Virus record (IMG/VR): IMGVR_UViG_3300046463_000548
Span: 32,001-96,000 of that record
Length of the DNA: 64,000 nt
Origin: a virus
Strand: one strand, 5' to 3'
The notes under the pieces were generated by a model. It was not told the origin of the DNA, ran no database searches, and worked only from the letters and a program-made list of their open reading frames with translations. Shown here in pieces: positions 8,080 to 18,024 of this stretch. Each line of letters starts with the position of its first letter. The stretch's first letter is position 1. Both the position numbers and the translations under genes were made by a program.

Positions 8080-10608
8080 ATGATCGTGCAACTGACTGCT
8101 GCAGGGCAGGCGCTGCTAGAAGGCAATACGGGGCCAGTGACCGTCACGAGTTTCCAGCTTGGTTCGGCATACGGATACGTGCCCGAAGCATCAGACACAG
8201 GCATTCACGGAACCCTGGTATATACGGGCGTCCCATCAGCACCTCTCGCAGTTTCAGCAAACCTTGTTGCGTACTCGTCGTATCTCGATTACGACTTGGG
8301 ACCGTTCGAGTTCGGAGAAATCGGACTGTACGTCGGCTCAACGCTGTTTGCTCTGGCAACGGGCTCCGCTCCGATTTCGAAGAGCGCACCGGCCGCCAAC
8401 ACCTCAGGCAACTCGATACGAATTGATGCGTATGTATCGGTCGTCGGAACGAACTATCAAATGTGGTTGAACCTGGCTGAGTCCAGCAACGCTTTCCAGA
8501 TGGCGGTGCTTACCTCGCCCGATCTGTTGCCGCAGTCTCATCAAGCTGTCCCGAACGCGTACATAATTTCGGGCGTAGTAAATAGTCAGTCAGCGTTTCT
8601 TGCGTACACGGATAAGTTTGGTCTGTGGAACTTCGACGCGTATCAGTACGGGTACCAGACGCATGCGAATGTAGTTACGTCGGATTCGCAGTCGGTAACG
8701 ATAGCGTTGGACCAGTTTGTGTCGCAAATGCAGCCGCAGTATTTCGGCCAAGTGATTCTTGAGTTCACGAGCGGCGCTCTGTACTCAGTGTGTCGATACG
8801 TTGAGACAGCGATTGTGTCCGGCAACTTCGTGACGCTCGGTTTCGACTCACCTATCGCAATGCAGCCTGCGGCGGGCGATACGTTCGCGACGTTTGTTCG
8901 AGTGGCCGATTCGGAAATTCCGCAGTTCCCAGCGGCAACGACCTCCGAACTCGGTGGCGTTATTGTTGGCGAGTATCTAACGGTGCAGCCGAACGGGCTG
9001 CTCGCGGTGGATGCCGCAGCGCTCCCATACCCGGTGACTTCGGTCAATGGGCTGACCGGCGCGGTGGTTGTGCAAGCGACGAATAACAATGCTGCTTCAG
9101 GCGTGTCGTTGATTTCGAACTCAGGCGCAACGACAGGCGTTATCAGGCTGAAGACTATCGTTGCGGGCACGAACATCACAATAGCGCCGGACTCAAACGG
9201 CAACCTGCTGATTTCGGATACGTATGCACTTCCGATTGCGAGCCTCACTACACTTGGTGGAGTGAAAGCGCCTAGCGACGGCAACATCACGATTTCGGCA
9301 ACGGGCGTTATCGATCTGGGATTCACGCCCGTCACGTCGGTTGATGGGATGAGTGGCGCTGTCACTTTGCCGTTGGCTACGGCTGCTGCTCCTGGACTCA
9401 TGCAGGTTGGTACCGGCCTGTCAGTTACCAACGGAGTCGTTTCACTGAGCGCTAGCTCTCTCGTTACATCGGTGTCGGGCCAGACTGGTGACGTTGTTGT
9501 GCAGGCGACTAACAACAATTCAGCAACAGGCGTTTCGCTGATCACTAACAGTGGATCGACTACGGGCAACATCAAGCTGAAAACGATAGTGGCAGGCACG
9601 AACATCACGCTTGCGACGGATGCGAATGGCAATTTGCAAATCAACGGTACAGCCTCTCCCTACACGCTGCCGGTAGCTACCTCAACAGTCCTTGGGGGTG
9701 TGAAGCAAGGGGCTGGTGTGAGTATCGCAGGCGACGGGACCATTTCGGTTTCCGGGGTCGTGACTTCGGTATCGGGGCAGAGCGGGACAGTGACCGTGCA
9801 GGCGTCAGATAACAATGCTGCTACGGGCACGTCACTCATTGCTAACAGCGGAGCGACGACGGCTAACATCAAGCTGAAGACTATCGTTGCGGGCTCCAAC
9901 ATCACGTTGGCGGCTGACGGGAACGGTAATCTGCAAATCAACAGCGCTGCAGCACCCTACACATTGCCTGTAGCCACCTCATCTGTGTTGGGTGGTGTCA
10001 AGCAAGGCGCGAACGTCACCATTGCGGGCGACGGCACGATCAGTGTTGCGGCCTCACCGGTCACGTCTGTAAATGGGCAGACGGGTGCAGTAACTATCCA
10101 AGCGGCCGATACGTCAACAGCATCGGGAACAACGCTGATTTCCGATAACGGTACGGGCACAGGAACCATCAAGCTGCGTCGCATAGTGGCGGGTGCGGGC
10201 ATCGCCGTAGCTGTGGATGGTAACGGCAACCTTCAGGTTAGTGTGGCCAGCCAGTACTACGACGTGCCACTTGGCATCGCAGGAATTCCGGGTGCCAGCC
10301 AGATTGTCGGTCAGTTCGTCGCAGTGCGAACGATGAACTTCGCATCTAACTTTGTTGGGTCCGCTGGTTTCGCGACAGCTTCCGCCACGGCAAGCACGAC
10401 GTTCACCATCAACCGTATTCGCTCAGGCGCAACAACGGCAATCGGTACTGTGGTTTATGCAGCCTCAGGCACTGCACCTACGTTCACGACGACGGGCAGC
10501 GCAACGCAGCAGCTAATAGCCGGTGACATTCTGCAAGCTGTGGCTCCTGCAACAGCGGATGCGACGTTGGCCAACGCGACATTCACTCTTCTCGCTACGG
10601 CGGCTTAA
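8080..10608 (+). CDS. Tail fibre protein A
   Basis: N-terminal baseplate-anchor region shared with the 12193 and 43465 genes; repeated VTSVxGxTG / LKTIVAGxNIT / LPxAxxxxLGGVK modules. Confidence 0.85.
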   Translation: MIVQLTAAGQALLEGNTGPVTVTSFQLGSAYGYVPEASDTGIHGTLVYTGVPSAPLAVSANLVAYSSYLDYDLGPFEFGEIGLYVGSTLFALATGSAPISKSAPAANTSGNSIRIDAYVSVVGTNYQMWLNLAESSNAFQMAVLTSPDLLPQSHQAVPNAYIISGVVNSQSAFLAYTDKFGLWNFDAYQYGYQTHANVVTSDSQSVTIALDQFVSQMQPQYFGQVILEFTSGALYSVCRYVETAIVSGNFVTLGFDSPIAMQPAAGDTFATFVRVADSEIPQFPAATTSELGGVIVGEYLTVQPNGLLAVDAAALPYPVTSVNGLTGAVVVQATNNNAASGVSLISNSGATTGVIRLKTIVAGTNITIAPDSNGNLLISDTYALPIASLTTLGGVKAPSDGNITISATGVIDLGFTPVTSVDGMSGAVTLPLATAAAPGLMQVGTGLSVTNGVVSLSASSLVTSVSGQTGDVVVQATNNNSATGVSLITNSGSTTGNIKLKTIVAGTNITLATDANGNLQINGTASPYTLPVATSTVLGGVKQGAGVSIAGDGTISVSGVVTSVSGQSGTVTVQASDNNAATGTSLIANSGATTANIKLKTIVAGSNITLAADGNGNLQINSAAAPYTLPVATSSVLGGVKQGANVTIAGDGTISVAASPVTSVNGQTGAVTIQAADTSTASGTTLISDNGTGTGTIKLRRIVAGAGIAVAVDGNGNLQVSVASQYYDVPLGIAGIPGASQIVGQFVAVRTMNFASNFVGSAGFATASATASTTFTINRIRSGATTAIGTVVYAASGTAPTFTTTGSATQQLIAGDILQAVAPATADATLANATFTLLATAA

Positions 10609-10609
10609 T

Positions 10610-11542
10610 ATGTTTGCAATGAACTCTATGTGGTGGGGATCGGGGAAACCCCCGTTTCCTGCCTATAGCACGGGCGTGGGCATCTTCGGATCGAAGTTTG
10701 ACGCGATGATGAAATACGCGTTCACCAATAACGCGGTAGCCAATGGCACTGCGTTGGTATCCAACACCTTTGATGCTTCGGGCACTAGCACTCCGTCACT
10801 AGCGCTGTTTGCGGGCGGGCAAGATTCAGCCAACACAAAGATCGCAACGTCCTCGGTGTTGACGTTCGCTAGTGATTCGGTTTCTACGGGTGGCAACCTC
10901 AGGGTCTCGCGTGCACTGCCGAACAGTGTCGGCAACGCAACGATAGGCTACTTCGCAGGCGGTGATATTGGAACGGGCGGCTCATTCACTGGGTCTACGG
11001 CCGTTGACATCTACACGTATTCCAGTAACACATCAGCCTCAGGGACGGCACTGTCGCTGGGAATCAACGCATCAGCAACTTACGGCACTGCGACTATCGG
11101 TTACTTCTCAGGCGGTCAGGCATCCTCAGCTAGTCCCGCGTGGCAGGGTGCTACACAGAAATACACATACTCCAATAATTCGGCCACAACAGGAACCGCG
11201 CTGTCCGCAGTCAAGTCGTGGTGTGCAGGTATGAGTAACACCAGCCTAGGGATTATTGCGGGTGGTGGTAATTCGACGGGCGCGCTGGCGGTCACTGAGA
11301 AATACACCTTCGCTGGCGACGTTCGCACGCTTGGCACCAATCTTATGCAACCGCAATGGGGCGGAGCCGCTGCCGGAATAGCCTCGCTCGGTGTTGTAGC
11401 AGGGGGCGGTGCAACTGTAGGCAATGCCGCTGCCAAGACTTCGATCTATACCTATGCCGGTGACACTGTGGTCGGCGGTACTAATCTTCCCGCAGCCATT
11501 ACTTCCGCAACAGGTGTTTCGTCTACTCCGGGGCACTTCTAA
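10610..11542 (+). CDS. Kelch-like beta-propeller, putative fibre-tip/receptor-binding protein
   Basis: About six repeats of F/IAGG...KYTY/F...GTxL; ATG 1 nt after the fibre A stop. Confidence 0.65.
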   Translation: MFAMNSMWWGSGKPPFPAYSTGVGIFGSKFDAMMKYAFTNNAVANGTALVSNTFDASGTSTPSLALFAGGQDSANTKIATSSVLTFASDSVSTGGNLRVSRALPNSVGNATIGYFAGGDIGTGGSFTGSTAVDIYTYSSNTSASGTALSLGINASATYGTATIGYFSGGQASSASPAWQGATQKYTYSNNSATTGTALSAVKSWCAGMSNTSLGIIAGGGNSTGALAVTEKYTFAGDVRTLGTNLMQPQWGGAAAGIASLGVVAGGGATVGNAAAKTSIYTYAGDTVVGGTNLPAAITSATGVSSTPGHF

Positions 11543-11544
11543 TC

Positions 11545-12171
11545 ATGCACTATAAAACCAATCGACAGAACCATGATTTTCAGTTGGCATACTTTGTTGC
11601 CGGTTCGTGTAAAACACCCGATGCCGCTTGGTCTCTTCTATGCGACCTAAGGGATGATCGACAGGACGCGCTGAACCTGGCGAAGGCTGATTCGTTGCGC
11701 ACAGAAGCAAAGCGCATGCGTGCGCAAGCGATAGTGGACAGGAATGGTGTGACTGAAGCGGACAAGCTCGAAGCGCAAGCTGAATTGCTGGAAATTAACG
11801 GGTCGGCACAAACGACGCAGAAGAACATAGCGGCTGCTGAAGCCGAGCTTGCAATGATTCACAAGTTGCAGGAGCGTCTGCAACCGCTGCGTAAGTATGC
11901 ACACCTTCCGGACGCAGAAGCGCACGAGGCAGCGCAGGCTGAGGAATGGAAGCTCGAACTGATGTATCGAGCCGAGAATTTCATGTTGATGCAGGGTTCC
12001 ATACCGGTGGATCAGTTCGACACCATGCGTATGCACCCAGCGTTCACGACGGAGATTCTGCCGTTCCTGAACGAAATCCGTGCGCAGCTAGTTAATGTTC
12101 AAGGCGATCTGACGAAGCTCAAGTTTCTGACGCCAGCACTCGATATTCCGAAGCTGCTAGGCCACGCCTGA
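11545..12171 (+). CDS. Helical hypothetical protein, possibly a fibre chaperone
   Basis: 208-aa coiled-coil-like ORF between fibre genes. Confidence 0.6.
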   Translation: MHYKTNRQNHDFQLAYFVAGSCKTPDAAWSLLCDLRDDRQDALNLAKADSLRTEAKRMRAQAIVDRNGVTEADKLEAQAELLEINGSAQTTQKNIAAAEAELAMIHKLQERLQPLRKYAHLPDAEAHEAAQAEEWKLELMYRAENFMLMQGSIPVDQFDTMRMHPAFTTEILPFLNEIRAQLVNVQGDLTKLKFLTPALDIPKLLGHA

Positions 12172-12192
12172 ACAATCTAAAGGGGAATAATT

Positions 12193-14607
12193 TTGCTCGT
12201 TCAAATCACGAACGCGGGCGCAGCTTTGCTCGCAGCAAACTCAGGACCGATTGAACTGTCAACGTTCAAGCTGGGTTCTGCATACGGGTATATCCCGGAA
12301 TCAACAGACACGGATATTCACGGTACGCTCGTCAATACCGGTGCCCCTTCATCGTTCCAGGTGATTAACGCGAATGTCTTCAAATATTCCGTTTATCTGG
12401 ATTACGATCTTGGACCGTTTCAGTTTGGTGAGCTTGGACTCTTCACGACGGACGGTGTGCTGTTTGCGCTGGGTTCAAACTCGGTGCTCCTGAACAAGCA
12501 ACCCGAATCGGCGGGTGTGTTTTCGGGTAACTCGATTCGTCTCGATATCTATCTGTCGATTGTGGGTCAGAATTACGCGATGTGGTTGGACTATGCATCG
12601 TCATCCAACAATTTTCAGATGGCAGTCTTGCAATCAGTGGACAGCCTGCCGCCACCGCAGAGCGCAACGCCAAACGCCTACATCATCACGGGCGCGTCTT
12701 CGAGTCAGTCATCGTTTATGGCGTACACGTCGCAGACGGGACTCTGGAATTTCGACTGCTATCAGTACGCTAATCAGGCGGCTGCGACGGTCACGGCATT
12801 CACTCCCAATTCGATCACGATTTCGCAATCTCAGTATGTACCGGGAATGTCCCCAGCGTATCCGGGTGCGACGATCATCGAGTTTTCGAGCGGTGCGCTG
12901 TACGGGATTTGTCGCTACGTAGCGAACGTGACGTTGAGCGGCGGTAACGCAGTGCTCACGTTCGATACCCCGCTGATGCTGACACCGAAAGTAGGGGACA
13001 CGGTACTAGCGTTCGGGCGTCAGGCGCTGAGCACCACAATCCCTAACCTTCCGATTGCAACAACGTCATCGCTTGGTGCCGTGGTTGTTGGGGATACGCT
13101 GACGGTCACTTCAGGAGGTCTGCTGAACGTTAAGCCTACCTCTTATCCAGTGCTGTCGGTGAACGGTATGACGGGTGACGTTGTGCTGCAAGCCACCGAC
13201 ATTTCGGGCTTGGCGACTGTCGCAACGACCGGTTTGTATTCATCGCTTATCGGGACCCCGGCTCCGTACGCGTTGCCGGTCGCGACATCGTCAACGCTCG
13301 GAGGTGTGAAGGCTCCTTCAGATGGCAACCTGACGATTGGCCCCACCGGGATCATCGATCTTGGGTTCTCGCCCGTCAAGACTGTGAACGGCGGGTCTCC
13401 GGACGCGGCCGGAAATGTGGCGGTCGTGTTACCCGCTCCCGTGGGACTCGTTAACCCAACGGCCATTGATGCAGGCACCGACTTCAACACACTGAAAACG
13501 TGCGGCTTGTACTTCGGTCTGGATGCGAACGCTGCATCGTTTGTGAATGCGCCTTCGACAGCGGCGGGAGGCACGCTGGACATCGAGCCGTTCACAACAT
13601 CCGCAACTGGCGGTGACGTGATTCAGCGTTACCAGATGTCCAATGCGCTGTTTTTCCGGCGCTACACGCAAGCGTCAAACACGTGGTCAACCTGGACTCA
13701 GGTGTCAACGAGTTCTGCGCTTCCGATTGCGTCAGCTTCGACACTGGGTGGTGTCATGGTTGGGGCAGGACTGTCTGTTACAGGGGCGGGTGTGCTCTCG
13801 GCAAATGTTAAGAGCATCAACGGACAAACAGGAATCGTGGTGTTGGACGCGAGTTCAGTCGGTGCTCTTCCTTCAGATGTTGTGAACATTCCGGGCGGAG
13901 TGCCCTCGCTCGATATCAATACCGGGACTTCAAACCCCGATACCGACGCATACACGTATGGCCGGTTGCCGTTCTATCAGAACACCTTGGGCGACTGGTT
14001 CAATGCAGGGAAGTGGGATGCGTCAGCGAACCACGTGATCCAGTCACACACGGGCAACACGACAGCGGACACGAACACGTCACTGGTTTCCGGTGGACTG
14101 CAGACGATTGACATATCGTACAACGGCAAGGGTGTTACGGGTCTTTCCAATCCAGACTACGAGGCGGTCAACGCTGAGGGCATGGTCTATGAGGTGAGCG
14201 TCGCTGGAACCACAGCGCTGGATGGAATTAGCACGTGGAATGTGGGCGATTTGGCGGTGTGTATAAACGGCGCGTGGACTCGGATTCAGTCGGGCGCGGC
14301 TGCAAATTCGCTGACATCGAATAGCAGTTGGTATCGCACGAACCCGGACGGAACCTTGGAGATTGGTGGTCACCATGTAATGACGGCGGGTAGTACGACG
14401 ACGACTATAACGCTGCCTGTCACTATCGGTACCTATCTCAGCGGCTTGGTCACAGATATCGGCTCGGCCTGCTTCTCTGGAGGAATTGCGCCACTCAGTT
14501 CGACGCAAATCACGCTTTACGCACCTGCGTACTGGCTGGATAACACAGGGACTGCCGTTGCCCGTGGCGACTTCGATATGCAATGGCGCATCCTGGCTAA
14601 ACCTTAA
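12193..14607 (+). CDS. Tail fibre protein B
   Basis: TTG start after AGGGG; same N-terminal anchor as fibre A; LGGV and SVNG repeats; pyocin-knob-like and C-terminal PDGTLEIGG segments. Confidence 0.85.
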   Translation: MLVQITNAGAALLAANSGPIELSTFKLGSAYGYIPESTDTDIHGTLVNTGAPSSFQVINANVFKYSVYLDYDLGPFQFGELGLFTTDGVLFALGSNSVLLNKQPESAGVFSGNSIRLDIYLSIVGQNYAMWLDYASSSNNFQMAVLQSVDSLPPPQSATPNAYIITGASSSQSSFMAYTSQTGLWNFDCYQYANQAAATVTAFTPNSITISQSQYVPGMSPAYPGATIIEFSSGALYGICRYVANVTLSGGNAVLTFDTPLMLTPKVGDTVLAFGRQALSTTIPNLPIATTSSLGAVVVGDTLTVTSGGLLNVKPTSYPVLSVNGMTGDVVLQATDISGLATVATTGLYSSLIGTPAPYALPVATSSTLGGVKAPSDGNLTIGPTGIIDLGFSPVKTVNGGSPDAAGNVAVVLPAPVGLVNPTAIDAGTDFNTLKTCGLYFGLDANAASFVNAPSTAAGGTLDIEPFTTSATGGDVIQRYQMSNALFFRRYTQASNTWSTWTQVSTSSALPIASASTLGGVMVGAGLSVTGAGVLSANVKSINGQTGIVVLDASSVGALPSDVVNIPGGVPSLDINTGTSNPDTDAYTYGRLPFYQNTLGDWFNAGKWDASANHVIQSHTGNTTADTNTSLVSGGLQTIDISYNGKGVTGLSNPDYEAVNAEGMVYEVSVAGTTALDGISTWNVGDLAVCINGAWTRIQSGAAANSLTSNSSWYRTNPDGTLEIGGHHVMTAGSTTTTITLPVTIGTYLSGLVTDIGSACFSGGIAPLSSTQITLYAPAYWLDNTGTAVARGDFDMQWRILAKP

Positions 14608-14625
14608 TTCAAAACGGGGATTGAG

Positions 14626-14994
14626 ATGAGCAGACTGAAGTTGATAGCGCTGTGGTTTCTGGTCACGCTGTTCATGCCACTGTTCAGTGTTGTCATGCTG
14701 ATCCAAGCGGTAGTCGGATCGCATAGCAGAGCCAAAAATATGGCGTTAGCTCAAGACGAATGTGGAAACTCGATGTTCGGGGGACCTTCAACACAGACGA
14801 TGTCCTCGCGAGTTGGGGACGGTCTGATAGAAGGTAAAAGATGGGCCAAGATCATCGCTCCTGTTATCGATTTTTTATTCGGAGCCGGACATTGTTTGTC
14901 GAACGTCGATCTTGCGGCCGGTCTACTGACTGAGGCACAGGTGTCGGAAGTAGATGCAGCAGATAAAGAGCAGGGACTCCCCGCTCAATACTAA
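14626..14994 (+). CDS. Membrane-anchored hypothetical protein following the tail fibre
   Basis: Hydrophobic N-terminus; QDECGN...QTMSSRVG...IDFLFGAGHC. Confidence 0.65.
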   Translation: MSRLKLIALWFLVTLFMPLFSVVMLIQAVVGSHSRAKNMALAQDECGNSMFGGPSTQTMSSRVGDGLIEGKRWAKIIAPVIDFLFGAGHCLSNVDLAAGLLTEAQVSEVDAADKEQGLPAQY

Positions 14995-14998
14995 AACG

Positions 14999-15036
14999 AA
15001 GGCCCCAAGCAATCCTCTGCTTGGGGCCTTTGTCTT
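14999..15036. terminator. Intrinsic terminator between convergent genes
   Basis: 13-bp stem AAGGCCCCAAGCA / TGCTTGGGGCCTT. Confidence 0.8.
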
Positions 15037-15950
15037 TAACGAAAGAGTCCTTTGGTCTTCGGGTACATGACGCTGTGCAGATCGTGGTAAGGGCCGGGGA
15101 GTGAAATTACCGGCTTCTCCTTGTACAGCTTCCACTCATCTACGTCTGAGGGTGGTGCGCACGTATCCACAAGTTGCACGAGCTTGCGATTGCGGCGGAA
15201 TAGTTCGAGATTCTCTTGAATGAATCTGCGCTCCTTGCCGGTCGATTGCTTATACCAAGCCTGCAGCGTGCCGTGCTCTTCAAGCAGCTTCTTTGCAGTT
15301 ACAGGGCCGTAGCCCTTGATCGCAGGTATCGAGTCGCCCTTGTCGCCTATCAGCGTCTGGTAGTCCACCATCTGATCGACTCTGACGCCCTTGCGCGCTT
15401 CCGCGTCAGCCACCGTAATGAATCGCGGAGCCGCTTCTTTGGTTTGGGGGTCCTTGTACGAAGAGTCGTATAGCGAAACGTATTCGGTCAGGTACTGGTA
15501 TGCATCCTTGTCGGAGGTTCCGCAGATGACTCTGTATCTGTCTCCGTACTTGCGGGCTATCGAACACAGTACGTCGTCCGCTTCGTATTTCTTCGGTTGG
15601 TAGAAGCCCATACCGATTTGCGAGAACAGTTGGTAGATGGGATCAAGGAAATCGTACACGTCGAGTTCCGAGGCTGAACTGCGGTACCCATCGTCCACCG
15701 GTTCCGCGTGAGCCTTTCCGCTGCGTTCCCCCTTATATAGCGGATAAACCTTGTAGCGGAAAACGTCTGGGCCGTCGAACGCGCAGCACACGTAGTTTGC
15801 ACGTACCGCCAACGCGTCCTTGCAGATCATGCTCAACAGGCGGTAGGGAATGACTTCGGTCAACGGCCGGTTGGTCTTGGTCGTGAAGAAAATTCGGTGC
15901 AGATACCACGGACCGTCAGGGACAAAAATCGTCTCTCGTTTGCTTCTCAT
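15036..15950 (-). CDS. 5'-3' exonuclease / flap endonuclease (T4 RNase H / T5 D15 / PolI N-terminal-like)
   Basis: FDG...FRYKVYPLYKGER, YEADD, SDKD, LIGDKGDSIPAIKGYGPVTA (H3TH). Confidence 0.92.
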   Translation of the reverse strand: MRSKRETIFVPDGPWYLHRIFFTTKTNRPLTEVIPYRLLSMICKDALAVRANYVCCAFDGPDVFRYKVYPLYKGERSGKAHAEPVDDGYRSSASELDVYDFLDPIYQLFSQIGMGFYQPKKYEADDVLCSIARKYGDRYRVICGTSDKDAYQYLTEYVSLYDSSYKDPQTKEAAPRFITVADAEARKGVRVDQMVDYQTLIGDKGDSIPAIKGYGPVTAKKLLEEHGTLQAWYKQSTGKERRFIQENLELFRRNRKLVQLVDTCAPPSDVDEWKLYKEKPVISLPGPYHDLHSVMYPKTKGLFR

Positions 15951-16234
15951 TGCTCACCATGAAATGTGGATTCAACCACGATCTTGACGTGGGTGGTCGT
16001 CGCGTAGTCGGATTCGTCGGCTGTGTGGGCGTCGATAGCGCGCACCCGAAGATATGGATGAAACCTGGACTGGACCTCTGCCTGAAGCGCAGGGACCAGT
16101 TCTGCGTAGTCGTCGGCCGCGATGCCCGCTCCGCTCTGCTTCAGGAACGCGTGCATGAACAACAGAACTTCGCGTTCGTTTTCAACAATCGCACGTGATG
16201 CGCGCTGCGACGAAAGACCTAAAAGCTTCTGCAT
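15947..16234 (-). CDS. Hypothetical protein
   Basis: 95-aa ORF coupled to the exonuclease gene. Confidence 0.6.
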   Translation of the reverse strand: MQKLLGLSSQRASRAIVENEREVLLFMHAFLKQSGAGIAADDYAELVPALQAEVQSRFHPYLRVRAIDAHTADESDYATTTHVKIVVESTFHGEQ

Positions 16235-16336
16235 AGGTACACCCCCAATTCTTTATTTACTGCACACCGTGAAATTGCTGTGTGCAATGCATCGGGCATC
16301 AATTTCATCTCGGTAGTTCAGAAAAACGGAGCCTCT

Positions 16337-16744
16337 ATGCAGTTTGACCAAAAAGACCCATTTGGGTACCCGCTTGGCACCTATCTATGGGTGTTTGGGG
16401 TCGCGCTAATCGGGGGCGCAGTCAAGTACTTGAATCACAGTTCGAAATTCTCGTTCTATATCTTGTTTCGCGATCTTGTCACCGCGTGCTTCGCTGGGCT
16501 CTTGACCTTCTGGCTTTGCGAGTGGACCAACATCAACGGCCCGTTGTCCGCTGTGCTTATCTCGATAGCCGGATTGATGGGCACGCGTGCCTTGAGGGAA
16601 ATCGAAAATCTGTATCGGTTACGCATGGGTCTTCCTCCGGAATCTGACGAGGAACGGGAGCATCCCCAGAAGGTGGAAATTGACTTGAGGGTCAACGGGG
16701 GTGTTCAACAACGTCAAGGACGCACGGAGCACGAAGGGGATTAA
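16337..16744 (+). CDS. Putative holin
   Basis: Three hydrophobic segments, GGAVKYL...FAGLLTF...IAGLMG pattern, charged C-terminal tail, upstream of the endolysin. Confidence 0.8.
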   Translation: MQFDQKDPFGYPLGTYLWVFGVALIGGAVKYLNHSSKFSFYILFRDLVTACFAGLLTFWLCEWTNINGPLSAVLISIAGLMGTRALREIENLYRLRMGLPPESDEEREHPQKVEIDLRVNGGVQQRQGRTEHEGD

Positions 16745-16746
16745 AA

Positions 16747-17208
16747 GTGATTCTGACCAAAGAACATCTTTCGCTCAGGAGTATCCGGCGCGCTGCCGAT
16801 CATTTTCTGGCATTGTCCTCGCCGTTTGTCCTGGCAGCTTTAGTTGGTGTTGGGGGCGTGTGGTCGGTGGAACGTGCGCCCGCGCAGACCATTGTCGATA
16901 CGTCTACCTACTTCCAGGTTCGGGCGGGGCAGAGCCTGAACCTGGATGTCCCAGTGATCGTTCAGACGCAGGCACAGCGTGAGATGTATCGCACGTGGTT
17001 GACCGACGCGTCTGGGAACGTGGCCTACCGGTTCCCAGATCAAATGGTTCAGGACACAACGCGTCTGGACCTATCCAAACGACAGCTAACTGTTCCTACG
17101 TTCATCAAGAGCGGTGTGTACGTACTGCACGTAGAAGTGATCTATCCGTTCAATCCATTGAAGAACGGAACGATCCTGATGAGCGTTGCGACGCTGTACA
17201 TAGATTGA
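16747..17208 (+). CDS. Membrane-anchored beta-rich protein in the lysis cassette
   Basis: N-terminal hydrophobic helix followed by an Ig-like beta domain. Confidence 0.6.
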   Translation: MILTKEHLSLRSIRRAADHFLALSSPFVLAALVGVGGVWSVERAPAQTIVDTSTYFQVRAGQSLNLDVPVIVQTQAQREMYRTWLTDASGNVAYRFPDQMVQDTTRLDLSKRQLTVPTFIKSGVYVLHVEVIYPFNPLKNGTILMSVATLYID

Positions 17209-17216
17209 GTATAGAA

Positions 17217-17909
17217 ATGTCTACACCATCGAGCTATTCCATAAAAGCGGCTCAGCTTTCCGCATTCTGTCCGGCACTTCCACAAGCAACAGTATCGATC
17301 CTTGTTGATTCGATTAACGCGGCAATGGCGCGCTTCCAGATTGATCAGAGTCCGCGCCGGGTGCGTTATTTCATGGCACAGACGTGTTTTGAAACGGCGA
17401 GATACACCTCGTTTTCAGAAAACCTGATGTACACAACGGCTCAGCGACTGGTTGCGGTTTGGCCTACGCGGTTCACACTGCAGGCTCCGCTTCAGCCGAG
17501 CGTTAGCTATGTCCAAACGGGCCTGGCCTACGCCCCGAACTACATAAACAACCCGGAAGCGTTAGCGAACCTCGTGTACGCGAATCGCATGGGTAACGGG
17601 AGTGTTGAGTCGGGTGACGGTTGGCTGTTTCATGGCCGGGGTGCCATCCAGCTAACCGGGCGTGCTGCGTATGCAGCTTATGACAAGGCGGTGTACGGCG
17701 ATGGCCGCATTCTTGCCAACCCGAATCTCGTATCAAACATCAAAGACGCAATGCTGTCCGCTGCGTGGTTCTGGAGTTCCAACGGACTCAATGCGCAGGC
17801 GGATGCCGATGCGTTCACGCGCGCCACGCAAATCATCAATGGTTCGACGGTCACTGTTGCTCAGCGACTTCCTGTCTTGAATCTCGCGAATTCGACATTC
17901 GTCTGGTGA
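17217..17909 (+). CDS. Glycoside hydrolase family 19 endolysin
   Basis: FMAQTCFET, ENLMY, LANLVYANRMGNG, GRGAIQLTGR, SAAWFW, IING. Confidence 0.9.
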   Translation: MSTPSSYSIKAAQLSAFCPALPQATVSILVDSINAAMARFQIDQSPRRVRYFMAQTCFETARYTSFSENLMYTTAQRLVAVWPTRFTLQAPLQPSVSYVQTGLAYAPNYINNPEALANLVYANRMGNGSVESGDGWLFHGRGAIQLTGRAAYAAYDKAVYGDGRILANPNLVSNIKDAMLSAAWFWSSNGLNAQADADAFTRATQIINGSTVTVAQRLPVLNLANSTFVW

Positions 17910-17927
17910 GGAACGCGCTTGATTTAC

Positions 17928-17984
17928 CCAAGTTACTGGAATCGAGATGATTCACGACCACACGTCGGGGAGTAAGTAACTTGG
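17928..17984 (+). other. Predicted three-way-junction RNA structure upstream of fibre gene C
   Basis: 10-bp stem CCAAGTTACT/AGTAACTTGG enclosing GAATC/GATTC and CGAC/GTCG hairpins. Confidence 0.5.
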
Positions 17985-18024
17985 TCTCTACCAAATAAAT
18001 ACTGGCGCGATAAGAGGCAACCTA

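Noticed and set aside
8643-10229. Long antisense ORFs opposite the fibre genes (also 18543-19817 and similar shadows elsewhere)
   Set aside because: Explained by codon bias in the sense-strand G/T/A/S/V-rich genes; no RBS or recognisable motifs
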